Part shown: positions 26,349 through 40,997 of the stretch, piece after piece
Position numbering within the stretch: position 1 is the first letter of the stretch
Layout: every line of letters begins with the position of its first letter
From: Octopus sinensis
Lineage: Eukaryota
DNA: 64,000 nucleotides
Assembly (NCBI RefSeq): GCF_006345805.1
Contig: NC_042997.1
Coordinates: 96,100,001-96,164,000 of the forward strand
Direction of reading: 5' to 3'
The notes under the pieces: generated by a model
What the model was told of the DNA's origin: nothing
Seen by the model: only the letters and a program-made list of their open reading frames with translations
Databases searched by the model: none
Made by a program: the position numbers and the translations under genes

Positions 26349-26794
26349 AATATGCATAATCACACAAAAACACATAGATGCGAATATAACTATGTGGTTA
26401 AGTATTTAAGCAGCTCATATGGTTTCCCGTTCATTTGGCAGCGTGGCACCTGGGACCAGAGTATTCACTTATCGATCTATATCTTGTAGTAAAATTTAAT
26501 AAACAGAAGAACTGTGTGGAAGCTTGACGTGTGTGTGTGTGTGTGTGTGTTTGTATACCTACCTTTGCATTAGTTTTTTTACTCTCTCACTGCTTCACAG
26601 TCTGTACTTATTTACTGGTTCGGCAGAAGAGGTCAACAGGCTGAGTACCCAGGATTACAACAAAAAAGGAAAGACAAATTATAATATTTCGGTTTGATTT
26701 ATTCGACTAAATGCTCTCTCGTGAGTTCTATCTCGGTCGGACTCCAGTGAATGAAACAAGTAAACTATAATGTTGGACAGACAGACAGACAGAC

Positions 26795-26901
<107 letters not shown>

Positions 26902-28487
26902 AATACACTTTTCAGTTACTTTTTGATTTTGTTAATCTTCAAAATCTTTCAGAAAACATCACATATTCGCATCTGCGACTCGTATCTAGGCACCGGAAAT
27001 TTTCTTCCTTCCCGTATTGATTTCCTTTTAATTATCATCCTGTTTTCTTTTATGTATTCAAATAACCCTTCTTTTCTTTTCTTTTTGTTTTATTTATTGT
27101 TTTACACTCTTTTCTGTCCATTTTAATATCAGTTTTGTTCCTGTCTCGATATCTCTCATTTGTATCTCTGAAGATCTGCTGTTCAGATAAGTTTGTAAAA
27201 TTCTTATTAAACAATTAATCATACATTTCATGCCTGATGCAACTTCTATAGCTGTCACGTTGAAAATGTGTCTCCGGAGTCTTTCGTCTTTTGGGACTGT
27301 TAATACCTAAATACAGGTCGAGAAGGCTATAGTTCTGTCAGAGAATATTTGTTTCGTTTCTTTTTGCTCTTTTAAAAACTCAAATCAGTCCAAAATGATT
27401 ACGAAAAATGAAAATTATGAACTTTTTAAGAACTAGGATATTCTGGATGCAAACGACTTTTATGCTGGTAGAGAGTGATTTCAGAGTTATTTTCCTGCCG
27501 TTTCTTTCAAGCAAAACAAGTGAACGCGTGGTAGTTGCATCTTTGCACCAAATGTTTCAACGTTGACAAGACGTTGGCACATCGTGAACGGAAACATATC
27601 AGAGTAAAGAGTAACTACTTTAACTGCCGTGGTAACGTAATCAGTGTCCAAACTCTCATGTGATTTAACTTCTTCCAAGCTTTTGAAGATAAGTGCAAAA
27701 ACTTTCAGTGTCGCATAAGGAGGAATTCTGTTCATTGCACGGTATTCTCCATGATAGTGAGTCGTGAGAGGAAATTTTAAATCGTTACTGATGGTTAGGG
27801 TTTGTAAGTGTTGTGGTGCAACATATATTCAACCGACGAGTCAATTTTGTGAATTTTAGAAAAGTGGGTTCGCAAATAATATTTGTTACTGGTCCCTCCG
27901 AAACTATAATTTAGGCGTGTGTCTACAAAAACAGGAAAATATAAAAAAAGAAAAATCGTTTCAGAATCGCTTATAAACTTACACACCCCGTCATAGTATC
28001 AATCGTGCTTCAAGCCCATTGTGCAACCAAAATGTTTAACACTTTCGGGGAACATATTGAAGAAAATTATATTTGTGTGGCGGCAGTAAGAAGAAAGTGA
28101 TAATTATTGTAAATATAAATAAGAACATCTTCCTAATTCATCTGTTTATCATTTCAAAAGTTCGTTCGTATCAACAGTTTCTAAAAGTGTTGAGAGGATA
28201 AGCAATTTTGTATTGTTTTCAAAGCTGCTTTTATTGTTTACCCTTACAAAGTATGAATCTCTCTTTATTATTTACGGTATTGAAACCGCAATAGAATAAA
28301 TCAGCTTACACAAAATGAAATCTCTTCTTTTGTTCGTTCCCTGTCGAAATAAAGATTGCCATTTTCTTAGTAAATTCTCCCAATATTAGTAACACTATAA
28401 CACACATGTATTTGCATAGACACAAACTCAAATACACAAATACATACACACATATATACATGCATACATATACATACATACATACAA

Positions 28488-28523
<36 letters not shown>

Positions 28524-29546
28524 TTGTATGTACATTTGGATATGTGTGTGTATAGCTACATAGATATATATGCATATATATGCACACACATATATAAATC
28601 TATATATGTATATATATATATATATGTATATATATGTATGTATATATATATATATATATATATAATCATTATATAAAAATTGTTGATCTGCAGTATACTG
28701 TCTACTGTATACGAATATATAAGCTTGCATATATATAGGTATAACTATATATATTCGTGTACGTAAGTATGTAAGCGTTTTATTGTGCGCAAGTTCACGT
28801 GTGCTTATAAAAATACACCTTTCCTAAATCGGATAATATAATGAGAAAACGCTATACTGTCACTAATCTACGCACACGTTCTTCATTTCTTATTTGCATT
28901 TCTTTTTAATCATTCAATACAATTATAAAAGAAAAAAAACGACATAATTTCTCCCCGTCTACATTACATTCAGTGGGAAAAACTCATAACTAATGCGGCC
29001 AAATTTTCATCTAATAGCCGTTCCCAGCTTTATTTCTTGATTTTAAACATCTGTTGTATTCTCACAATCAATTGCAATTATGTCTTCTACATACTACTCA
29101 CATTAAAACATTCTTGTAGTCTTTCTTTCTCTCATTCTGCCTTTTAACTCTAAACAGACAGCAAAATATACATACGTCTTTCTTTTTACCGTTTCCACCA
29201 ATTTTGTTTGCCCTCTTAATTTTGTTTCTTGTTCTGTAATATACTACTATATCATTTTATAGTCTTTTTTTTTACATCAGCGTCTAGTTTCTATAACGTC
29301 ATTTCATTTGTGTAATCTTAAGACACAATATGTCTCCCAGATCAAATGTTTCCTGGTGTTTAAACGAGGACGCAAATAATTAAGTACGCCAAAAAAGTTC
29401 TATTATTTTGCTACTCTTGGTACATTAGTAAAGAGTTCAATGACCTTTGTGAATGTCTTCATCGAACTCAAAATAACAGAACGTTTGTTCTTATCGTTCT
29501 AACTTAGCACACACAAACACACACATTTACATATACACATTTACGC

Positions 29547-29583
<37 letters not shown>

Positions 29584-29623
29584 CACGCACATTATAAGTA
29601 TATGCGTACACACACGCACGCCC

Positions 29624-29699
<76 letters not shown>

Positions 29700-29740
29700 G
29701 TCTATCTATCTATCTCTCTATATATATAGATTATATATAT

Positions 29741-29790
<50 letters not shown>

Positions 29791-29792
<2 letters not shown>

Positions 29793-30000
29793 GTCCAGAG
29801 TAAGGACATAAATGCGAAACAAGTTGAAAAATAGTACTCGAATACATGAGGTAAAGTAATATACTGTATTAACAAGCAGTGAAAGTATCACAAAAACTGT
29901 TACTCAGAGCTTCACGTACCCGTTCGTCGGACAGTCCGACGAAGGGGAACGTGAAACTCTGAGTAACAGTTTTTGTGGTATTTTTGCTGCTTTTAATAAA
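29791..30000. mobile_element. Penelope pLTR-like fragment with head-to-head minimal hammerheads, inside (TA)n
   Basis: Near-perfect palindrome centred at 29933. Minus copy CUGU-CCGACGA-ACG-GGUA-CGU-GAAGC-UCUGA-GUA-ACAG; plus copy CCGACGA-AGG-GGAA-CGU-GAAAC-UCUGA-GUA-ACAG. Confidence 0.65.
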
Positions 30001-30049
30001 GTATATATATGTGCTATATGTATATGTATGCACATATATATGTATGTAA

Positions 30050-30092
<43 letters not shown>

Positions 30093-30126
30093 ATATTAAT
30101 ATATATATATATATATATATATTCAA

Positions 30127-30240
30127 AATGTGACCGCGTGTGTACTGTTGGAGATGTTTTTTCCTCTGTCTTCCCTTCTCTGGATCTTTCTTCTATGTTT
30201 CCTACGTAGAGCTCGAAACGTAAAACCCTCCTTCTTTCCT
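30127..30240 (+). mobile_element. Second, more decayed copy of the 24860-24990 pLTR-like family
   Basis: TCTTCCCTTCTCTGGA...GTTTCCTACGTAGAGCTCGAAACGTAAAACCC; GAAAC-GTA and stem I GTTT/AAAC are kept but CTGACGA is lost. Confidence 0.5.
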
Positions 30241-30445
30241 TCTAGCCCCATAAGGGTGAAATTATACATATGAAATTATATAAATGGTACAAAAAGGCAC
30301 CAATATTTACTGGAAAATAGCAATTGATATAAATATGATACTATTGTATAGCTGCACAGCGTATATACAAGCAAAGCTGGTGTGTGCAAAAACAACTTAA
30401 AAAAAATTGTCTTACCTCTAGGAAGAACATAAATGGACAACCTAG

Positions 30446-30517
30446 AATGCAGGACCGGTTTCTAATTCTTCAAATACGTTTGACAACGTAATTTGATTAG
30501 TCTTCATCAGCTGCATT
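30446..30517 (-). ncRNA. Type I hammerhead ribozyme motif (family 3), with an apparent 3-nt deletion at the base of stem II
   Basis: AAUGCAG-CUGAUGA-AGAC-UAAU-[CAAAUUACGUU-GUCA-AACGUAUUUG]-AAGA-AUUA-GAAAC-CG-GUC-CUGCAUU: 7-bp perfect stem I, canonical core, palindromic ACCGGU stem III. Confidence 0.7.
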
Positions 30518-30683
30518 ACCTAGACAATTTTTCAAATGTTGCCACATCAATGCCTGTACACTCGTCTGAACGCCAAACGTTAACAGAACGAGAACAGTGA
30601 AGAAGTTATAACGATTGCTATTTTCCAGTAAATATTGGTACCTTGTTGTACCATTTATCTACTTATATATATATATTATATAT

Positions 30684-30715
<32 letters not shown>

Positions 30716-30753
30716 ATCGGAAGGTTTGGAGATGATGTACAGGTATTATATAT

Positions 30754-31949
30754 TAGAAAAATTGAGGTAATCAGATCAGATGGTTCATATTTGTAGATAT
30801 TTATTTATATATTACATTTTTTACATATATATCATATCATTCGGATTAGCGCTTGCTCCCATTCTAGGGGTTTTCAAATCAAATCAGTTGTGGGTAGTTT
30901 GAACCTTTTATAGTTTCGTAGTAGTGGGTGAGGAGGAAGTGAGACAGAGAGAAAATATGTGTGTATGTGTGTGTGTGTGTGTGTGTGTGCGTGTGTGTGT
31001 GTGTGTGTGCGCATTTATATCTGAGAGTGAAGAAGTGTTATTTCCGTTGGTCTGCTGGACCCCCTGTGGTTTTATATAAGAATTTGGCGTCCATTTCAAT
31101 GTCACTGAGTGTGTGTTGTGCATAGGTTGGCCTGGCAAATGTCATTTGGGGTCACACTTTCTATGATCATTCTGTGGAGGTGTGTGTGTGTGTGTGTGTC
31201 TCTGTGTGTCTGTGTGTGTTTGTGTGTGTGTGTGTGTGTGGTGTGTGTGTGTGTGGGTGTGTATGTGTGTGTGTGTGTGTGTGTGTCTGTGTGTTTGGAG
31301 AAGGGGAGAGAGACAAAAAGAGAAAAGGGAAAATAAAAAAATAATAATAAAAATAAAAATTAAAAAAATAAAAAAAATAAAATAAAAATAAAAATAAAAA
31401 CAAAAAATAAAAAATAAAATAAAAAAATATAAAGAATAAATAAAAATATAAAGAATAAAAATAAAAAATAAAATAAAATAAAATAAAAATAAGGGAGGAA
31501 GTGGAGAAGAAAAATATTTTTGTGTGTTGATATTTATACCAACACATATTATACACACACACAGACTTATACATAAAATATTTGAAAAAACCTTTTTATC
31601 GGTTTTGAACCGATAAAAAGGTTTTTTCAAATATTTTATGTATAAGTCTGTGTGTGTGTATATATATGTGTTGGTATAAATATCAACACACAAAAATATT
31701 TTTTCTTCTCCACTTCCTCCCTTATTTTATTTTTATTTTTATTTTTATTTTTTTATTTTTTATTCTTTATATTTTTATTTATTCTTTATATTTTTTTATT
31801 TTTATTTTTTATTTTTTGTTTTTATTTTATTTTATTTTTATTTTTTTATTTTTTTAATTTTTTATTTTTATTATTATTATTTTTATTTTCCCTTTTCTCT
31901 TTTTGTCTCTCTCCCCTTCTCCAAACACACAGACACACACACACACACA

Positions 31950-31989
<40 letters not shown>

Positions 31990-32446
31990 CACACACAGAC
32001 ACACAGAGACACACACACACACACACCTCCACAGAATGATCATAGAAAGTGTGACCCCAAATGACATTTGCCAGGCCAACCTATGCACAACACACACTCA
32101 GTGACATTGAAATGGACGGCCAAAGTTCTTATAAAACCACAGGGGGTCCAGCAGACCAACGGAAATAACACTTCTTCACTCTCAGATATAAATGCGCACA
32201 CACACACACACACACGCCACACACAACACACACACACATACACACATATTTTCTCTCTGTCTCACTTCCTCCTCACCCACTACTACGAAACTATAAAAAG
32301 GTTCAAACTACCCACAACTGATTTGATTTGAAAACCCACTAGAATGGGAGCAAGCGCTAATCCGAATGATATGATTATATGTAAAAAATGTAATATATAA
32401 ATAAATATCTACAAATATGAACCATCTGATCTGATTACCTCAATTT

Positions 32447-32451
<5 letters not shown>
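30754..32451. repeat. ~1.7-kb near-perfect palindrome (arms 30754-31604 and 31608-32451, 3-nt loop TTG)
   Basis: Centre ...AAACCTTTTTATCGGTT-TTG-AACCGATAAAAAGGTTT...; the unique sequence and microsatellites are mirrored. Confidence 0.92.
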
Positions 32452-32488
<37 letters not shown>

Positions 32489-32498
32489 TGATAGATAG

Positions 32499-32580
<82 letters not shown>

Positions 32581-32989
32581 CTGTAGATAAAATATAAGCA
32601 GAGAACAAGTGTAAGTGAGATGCCAGGTGATAAGAGGGTTATATATTAACATTAAGGCAAATGACGTAGGCTGTAAAAAGTAATTGAATAAATTACTCAG
32701 TATTTCAGAAGATTCTCAGAATCGTCTTTAAAGTTATGCTCATATATGTGTGTGCGTTTGTGTGCGTGTATTTGTGTGTGTCTGTGTGCGTGTGTGTATG
32801 TGTGTGAGTATGCATGTATATATGTATGCTTGTGTGTGTAGTTGTTCTTTTAATCTTTTACTTTTTAATGATTTTCAGCTCAAAGGCTGTGGCCATGTTG
32901 GGACACTGTTCGTGTTATCACCTTTTAGAATATCCTTTTTTTTGTAAATCGGCTTTTGGTGAAAACATCTACTCCTACCTCGTCTCCAT

Positions 32990-34450
32990 GTAGATGTTTT
33001 GACAAGATATTAAATAGCTGTGGGCCCTGGACTCCAAGCTATTGCAGTACATAGTCTTCACTCCTAGACGGGATGACTGGAACTATTGGAACGATTCCGT
33101 GAATTCCAGTTCGGGGGCTGGTATTGGTCTCGTTTCCAAAGATTATTTCCAAAGATTAGTGCTAACCTATATTATTACATATCTCACCTCTCTTTGCCCC
33201 CGGGTGTAGATAAAACCTTCCTGCACCGTTTGCTCTTAATTTGATACTGTGGGTTGATCACAGTTGAGAACAGTAGTCCAGAGGGCTGAGGACAAACGTC
33301 TTCCATATAACGAGCGCAATTTTCTGGTTTCTAATTCTGAAAGTTTTCCGAATTCATCCAACCGTTCATTTGCACATTACCATTGCTGTTGCTCAAATCA
33401 GTTCTCAGATCTCGCATGTTGTTTGATCCTGGGTTTACCGCCCCTTTTTGTCCTATGTGCCTTTGCTGCGGCATGATAACACAAACTGTCTGACAGTGGA
33501 GGTTTTGAATTTTCGTGCATTAAATTGCATGTTGTATTCAGCCCATTTATATATGACATCTGGGTCTTTCTGTAGATGATTAGCAGCGAAAGGTTGCTTC
33601 ACTGCTTTCACTACTTTGTGTTTCATTGAGGAGGATCCCATTAGCTGTCACAGCTTGGCTTCAGTCTTACGGAAGTCATGTAACTACTATCCCAGTTTTC
33701 TGACTATGCCTATTCTCCGTAGATTATGATATATCATTCCATAATCAAATGATCAACTTTATTTAAAATCGAGATAAATGTCGTCCACATTTGAACGAGT
33801 CGTAAGATTTTTTCATCACCCAGTCAAAATGCTGCAGAAGCTGTTTCAAGCAGCCTCTTCTTGAACGGAAGCCATGTTAAGTGTCAGAGAGGAGGCCATT
33901 AACCTACTCCTGACAATTCATTCCATGACTTTGCTCGCATGTGAGGCTAGAGAGAGACAAGCCTATAATGTTTAGCCTCCATTCTGCTACATCTGTTATA
34001 ACTAGGAGATATATCTTCGCTATCCTTTGATAGCCCATTTAAACGGTTTGAGATCAGATAATTGCTCGTCTTCTCACTAGAATCTTCATATCACGGAGGA
34101 TTAGATTCACATTGTCTCTGGAGCAAACGTACTGCATGTTTTCTTCAGGATTCTCATAAAGTGATGTAACGTCATGTCAATATCTTGCGTAGAGAGATTG
34201 GAAAATCACTTTTGTTCTATGAACTCTTTCTGAATGCCCTTTCAATCAACGATATGAAAGTTCTGGCTGAAAAAGAGTCTGGTGCTTCTAGTAGCCTACA
34301 TGTCCTAAGGTCTCTGCGGATTATGTATTGTTACTTCTATTAATTTATTATGCGAGAAAAGAGTCGACCTCACATTAACATTGTGGACGAAAGCCGTGTC
34401 ATTTGCGAGGCAGATGTCCAGAACATTATTCCCACTTGTTGACTGGATCA
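32990..34450 (-). mobile_element. CR1/L2-group LINE, decayed RT region
   Basis: Minus-strand pieces: YRLVSL..HASKVME; QLLQHFDWVMK...NVDDIYLDF; LQKDPDVIYKWAE..MQFNARKF; IRKTFRIRNQKI; GPQLFNILSKHL. Confidence 0.75.
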
Positions 34451-34585
34451 CTATTTGCTTTATAAAGTGCATGCTTGTATATAAACATATACATAGATGT
34501 ACTTATGAATTTGTGCGAGCAGTGTCTACGCTGTATTGATGGTTATATTTATGCGAGCGTGTATCTATGTGTCTCCGCTGTATTG

Positions 34586-34802
34586 AGGAGGTGCTAAATA
34601 TTTCCTGGCTTTCGGTAAAATAAACCAGAGGAGGATCTGTTAATTATGATTTTATTCAACATATTCCCCTCTCAGGTTTACAGTTACTGTAGCGGTCCTT
34701 CAGTTTTTTTCTAAGCTCTGCAAAAGAACTCAATAGGTTGGGCCTCTAACCAGGCCTTTCGCGACACCCTCAAAGCCAGAATCTCTCAGTACCTCTCGCA
34801 CG
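34586..34802. mobile_element. Mariner-derived MITE (~220 bp) with terminal inverted repeats
   Basis: Left GAGGAGGTGCTAAATATTTCCTGGCTTT, right AAAGCCAGAATCTCTCAGTACCTCTC; the internal part resembles a mariner transposase 3' end. Confidence 0.7.
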
Positions 34803-37522
34803 TAGGAAGTATATATGCATACACACACATGCTGTATATATGCATGCGAACACATATATTGTGAATGCATAATCACATCCAAATTCATACGTATGTAGGT
34901 ATACCCATACACATATCCATATGTGCACATAGCCGTAAATATACATCGGTATATGCGTAGATATTTACGCATATGTGTGCACTGTCATGTATCGTTACAT
35001 ATGAATATATATTTATAAAAGTGTATATATATACGCACACATCGATACATATATACATACATTCATGCATAGATACACGTACATATATAACTGATCATGC
35101 TTTCATATATACATAATCCTACATGTATAAGCATTTTACCATTTGCTCATGACATTACAATTGTATAATCATTACTTTTACAAATAGAATATATTAAATA
35201 AATTCAAAATATTGCGTGTGATGACGCCCTTTTACAAATTCATGCACGAGCTTCTCCAGATTCTGTTCAGCCATGCAAATTCGTATGTATCAGTTCGGAA
35301 TTTATTTATGCCTGCATTACATCAGAACATTCGGTTATCATTTTCCTAATTTTATTCTTCAGTAAGCTTCCGATTATTTGTATCCAGGAACCCGATATGT
35401 ATTTAGTTAATGATTTGAAAGAGTAAGAAAACCTAATGTGAAAGAAAGCCTAATGTATAAGAAAGCCTAATGTTGCGATTAATTCAAGTGCTACCACGTT
35501 TAACAGGCAGAGAGTGTGAAGTAAGTTGCGTTTATTTAAATGAAGATGGATTGTAAAAAAAGTTGCAGCAGTTAAGACATTTGAAGCGGTAAAGGTATAA
35601 ACATAAATGCATGCACCTATATATAAATGCACACATATATCCCTAGACTTGTAAGAATTCTTGTTTTGATATATTGGGAGATGGAGAATCTGATGTCATA
35701 TTTAAGTAAGTTATGAAATTGATCTACTGTAAATTGTTAAAACAAATGTTACTCACTGTTTTTGTTTACATAGTTGAGATAGATGCAGGCTCTATGACTA
35801 CATTTAAATACCTATAGGGTATGTTGTAAATAGGGCAGATCGTAGTATAAGGAACAATAACTGATGTTAGATGCAAGAGCCTGAGAAATGTATTGTAAAA
35901 GACACAAGGCTTGAAGTTAGGAGCTATATTGCAAAGGACTAGCGTTTCACTTTGGATGCGATGGTAACAAAGAGATGAAATATATGGCGAAGCTCACGAG
36001 AAATAACTGCGTATGAGGTTTTAGAAAATATCAAAAAAATAATAAACTACAGTGAAAGGCTGAAAATACCACGGTGTTACAGAATTTACCAGTTAGATAG
36101 GATAAATATTTTCATAATGTGCGTTCTTTATAAAAGTAAGAAAATACCAATTCCACTTGAGAAATTAACTAATTAAGTAGCTGCATCTGTATATTGCATT
36201 TCAGATATAACCAGAAAAAATGTATTCGAAACTGTTGCGATGAAAGCGAAAAAGTTTAAAGGCGAACAAATTGATTTTGGAATCAGGATGCCTGTGTCCA
36301 TCAGTTTTGAAATATAACAAAAGGAGTGTTTCAGGACTTCCTTGCCAATTTTGTTCATTAGGTATTTCGTATTTATCTCCAGCCCCTTGCTGCAAAAAAA
36401 TATACCATAGATAAGCCATAGCCCTCTAGATGTGATGTAATGGTCACGTTTCATCCCACTAAATTTTGCAGGAAATACAGGTATGCATTACATTTTTTCC
36501 AATGCAGATCGTTTTTCTTTCAAGTCTTTACTCAGTTATAATACCCTGACCTTCTGGGATCACATGGGAGGTGATCAGAAAGTGTTTAAGACATATATGT
36601 AAACATATGTGAGTATGTGTGTGTGTTTTTAGAGTAATATAGGATCTTATAGGAATGTTATACACACAAAAAAAAAATGAAATTATCTGTCTGCAGTATT
36701 TTTAAATGAACTTTATCTTATGCTTATGCAAGAGCAAAAAGTTATCCTCGGAGCGCCATCTTATCGAATATTTCATTTCATTATTTGTGCAAATTATTTT
36801 ACAACTGAAATATGAAACTCCGTCTATATATTGAGGATTTCCTTGCGTACACTCTTGTTTCATGGTGTGGTTTGCTTCCGTACGACGAAAACTATCTGAC
36901 ACTCACCATCGGATATAGAGTTATTATGGATCCTTGACCGCTCTGCCCAAAGCACGAATCATCGATGAAATTTTCTTGAAACTTACGTTGTTAATTGCTT
37001 TAATTATTATTCTTATGTCCGAGTGAGAGAAGCGTGAATGTTTTTGTATTTGCTTGTATTAGAGAACCTGACAGAGAAATATCATGTTACAGGAAATGCG
37101 ATTAAAATTGCAGAAACAGGTTTCTCAAATATTATGTGAAGTATAATCTATTTTAATCAATTTCCTATGAAACGTATAACCTTCAATTGATTTTTGCTCA
37201 AATACACCATATTCCGCGTCTTGCTTTAGGCGCAACATTTTCTGTGAAAGTCAGCCTTTGAGTTGGGGTTTCGTGTTAAACAGTTAAATAATTATTACAT
37301 TTATTTCGCTATTCTATAATACCTCGGTCAGTAGACAGACTCGTGTTGAAATTTATCGTAGCCAATGTGATATCATTAGCGACAAAGTTCTTACTGGCAG
37401 TAAGGGTGGACATTTCCCGCATATTTTATAAAATTGCATAATGAAATAGTACATTTTTCTCGAATAGTTGATGCATGAGATGTAAATAGGCAGTATTGTA
37501 GGAGCAATATATCTATCTATCA

Positions 37523-37572
<50 letters not shown>

Positions 37573-37577
37573 ATATA

Positions 37578-37637
<60 letters not shown>

Positions 37638-38379
37638 CATATGCTATATATCCATTTTAATATCTATCTAGCACCCATCTTTGTATCTACCTACCTACAT
37701 ACCAACATACCTACATATCTGTCTATCTATTTATCTATCTATCCACCTACTTAGCTATCTGGTTATGTCTCTCTCTGTCTATCCTTGTATCTATCTATAT
37801 ATCTATCCATTTGCCTATCTGTCACTGTATTCTATTTCTACCTCCGCCATCACGTTTGTTTGTTTCATTGTTTGTCCGTGGAAAAGATATCTCAAGAACA
37901 TTTGGATGAATTCAGATAAAATTTTCAGGGATGTTTCGCCTTGTGACTCGCCAGAACAGAATAGATTTGGAGATTGATCGGGTACCGTACAATGACTCGT
38001 TTTTCTTTAAACCTAATTTTTGAGAGCGGTCAGGTTCATTTTTAGTATTCTTATTTGTGAGAGCAGTCGAGTTTATTTCAGATATTCTTATTTTAAAAAT
38101 CATCTCCGGATAATCGTTGAGAGGACGTTGGTCTTGCTTTGGCGGAGGTTTGCGCTCTCTACTTTTAACATCATCTACTTTCCATTTTCGCGTTCCTTCT
38201 AGTCGACACCCAATCTTTCTTCCTTTTCTCTTTCTGTCTCTCCCTCTTGCTTCAATTACACCACATGGTACTGCATTCAACATGTTAAATCTCTTACTCT
38301 ACGTCAACCTCTTCAACTAGCTAATCACACAACGTAATAGTAATACTTTCCTCTTACCTCACAGCACTGACACTTTCGC

Positions 38380-38433
<54 letters not shown>

Positions 38434-38688
38434 ACTCTCCCTTGAATTAACCACCGGAAAGCGTCACACGTTCGGTCTTAGTGTAATTAATATTACTAGT
38501 GTTTTCCCTCTACCGCGAGTCGTTAGCACTTATATCCCCTTTGTTATCTCTTGTGCTTCGTCTATCCCTTCGACTAAACACGGGACAGTGTAACGCATTT
38601 GGTCTTAACGTATTAATATATAGACATTGCATCACTTGCTTTTTCTACTTAATGAATTTTGTGAATATATATACATACATATACATAT

Positions 38689-39251
<563 letters not shown>

Positions 39252-40369
39252 TGCACAAAAGTGTGTGTGTGTACATACGTTTATACGAATATGTATTTGC
39301 TGCACTTGTTTTTCGCCTCAGGGTGTTTTTGTCCGTATTTGTTTATGTGTGTATATATATGAATACCATAATTTATGAGTTTACATAGAGCCTTTTCATC
39401 TTGAGGTACAATTTTATATTTCAGATCTGTAGTAGAGCAACTACTTTAGTTATGTGCGGAATACTGAATATAGAATAATCCTGTTGTTATCAGAGTAAAA
39501 TGACTTCAAGCAATACGCTGTAATATTTCGGTTTTATGTACATCATACTGTGAACTCATTTCAATATGTTCAGAGTTTGAAAAAGCAGCCTCACTCTTCC
39601 TTTGAAAGCAAATATATTCTGCTTGATATGACGGAATATTTGATTCTAGCTATGAATGATTTACTTAAACCATAGCTTTTATAGCCACAAAGCGGATCTT
39701 TTCGTATTCATATTAACATTGCTTGAAACGGTGAACAGGTTGGAAATAGATAAAGATGCTATAATTAAACGTTCGTTGAATAAAGGTTGATCTAGAATGT
39801 AAAGAATTATTTGGTTTTTCTTTTGATTAATGTTTTCTAAAAATGAAATAGGAAAAGAAACATGATTTTGCTCTGAATCCAAATTGCTTGGTTCAGTTTG
39901 TTTACTGTAATGGAATCTATAGTGGGTCATCTTTAAAGTATTTCAGACTATCAAACCTGGTTCTGGTAGACTAAATTTAAACTAGTACGTCCAGTCTTTT
40001 TTTCATTTTTTCTATTTTCGTCTTTTTCATTTCTTTTCAAATGCAAGTGATCAATATTATCCTTAAAAACTGGATTGTTAGCTTTTTTTTGCGGGGAAGG
40101 AGTTGCTATTATTTTCGGTACATTAAACCCGGTTAACTCGACTTCCAAGAAACATACATAAAACGCTATTTCTGAAATTATGTGTACTAACTTGTATCTG
40201 CTGTGTCCTTTACCTTTATACTGCTTTGTGACAACATAAAATGGTTTTGCGAAATTTCGTGGTATTGACGCTGATGCTTGTAAAAGTTGGTAATGTATGG
40301 TTTTGATGCTGTAGTTGTTTAGCATCATTTCAAGCCTGATCGAGAATATATGTCATCCAAGAATTTACA

Positions 40370-40775
40370 GGTGCAGGTGTGGCTGTGTAGTAAGAAGTTT
40401 ACTTTCCAACCATATAGTACCAGGTTCAGTCCGATTGCGTAGCATCTTGGGCAAGTGTCTTCTACTATAGCCTCAGGCCGATCGTAGGCTTGTAAGTGAA
40501 TTCTGTAAACCGAAAACTCTCACCGTATCTATATGTGTGTGCGTGCGCGCGCGTGTGTGTATGTTTATGCCTATGATTGTCTTATCACCACCATCACAAA
40601 AAAATCTACTTCAGTGTGTTTACGTCACCATAACTTTGTGGTTCGGCAAAAATGCTGAATAGAATAAGTAACAGGCTTGAAGAAAATAAATGCTTCTGTT
40701 GATTCATTCGACTAAAAATACTTCGAAGGGTTACCCCAGAATGGTCATGATCTAATGAATGAAACGCGCAAAGGG
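40370..40775 (+). mobile_element. Diverged OR-type SINE
   Basis: AGGTGCAGGTGTGGCTGTGTAGTAAG...CATCTTGGGCAAGTGTCTTCTACTATAGCC...GGTTCGGCAAAA. Confidence 0.7.
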
Positions 40776-40946
40776 AAGATGAAAGGTAAGTAATATTTTC
40801 ATTTCAGGTACAGAAATAACTATTTGTTTCTTTTGTTTTGAAAGCAAAAACAGCTGAGCATGCAAATCCATAGTTTTTTCAAGCCGTGCGCAGAAAGCCC
40901 GCACAGATGATATATACACAAGCTGTATTAACACCGAGAGTTCGAG

Positions 40947-40997
<51 letters not shown>

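Noticed and set aside
36173-36454. Overlapping minus-strand ORFs with weak Tc1-like words (YFKTDGHRHPDSK) or a hydrophobic stretch
   Set aside because: Motif similarity is too weak and no TIRs or splice structure were found.
39679-40328. 125-aa and 83-aa minus-strand ORFs in AT-rich DNA
   Set aside because: They are in different frames, with no recognisable motif and no splice support.
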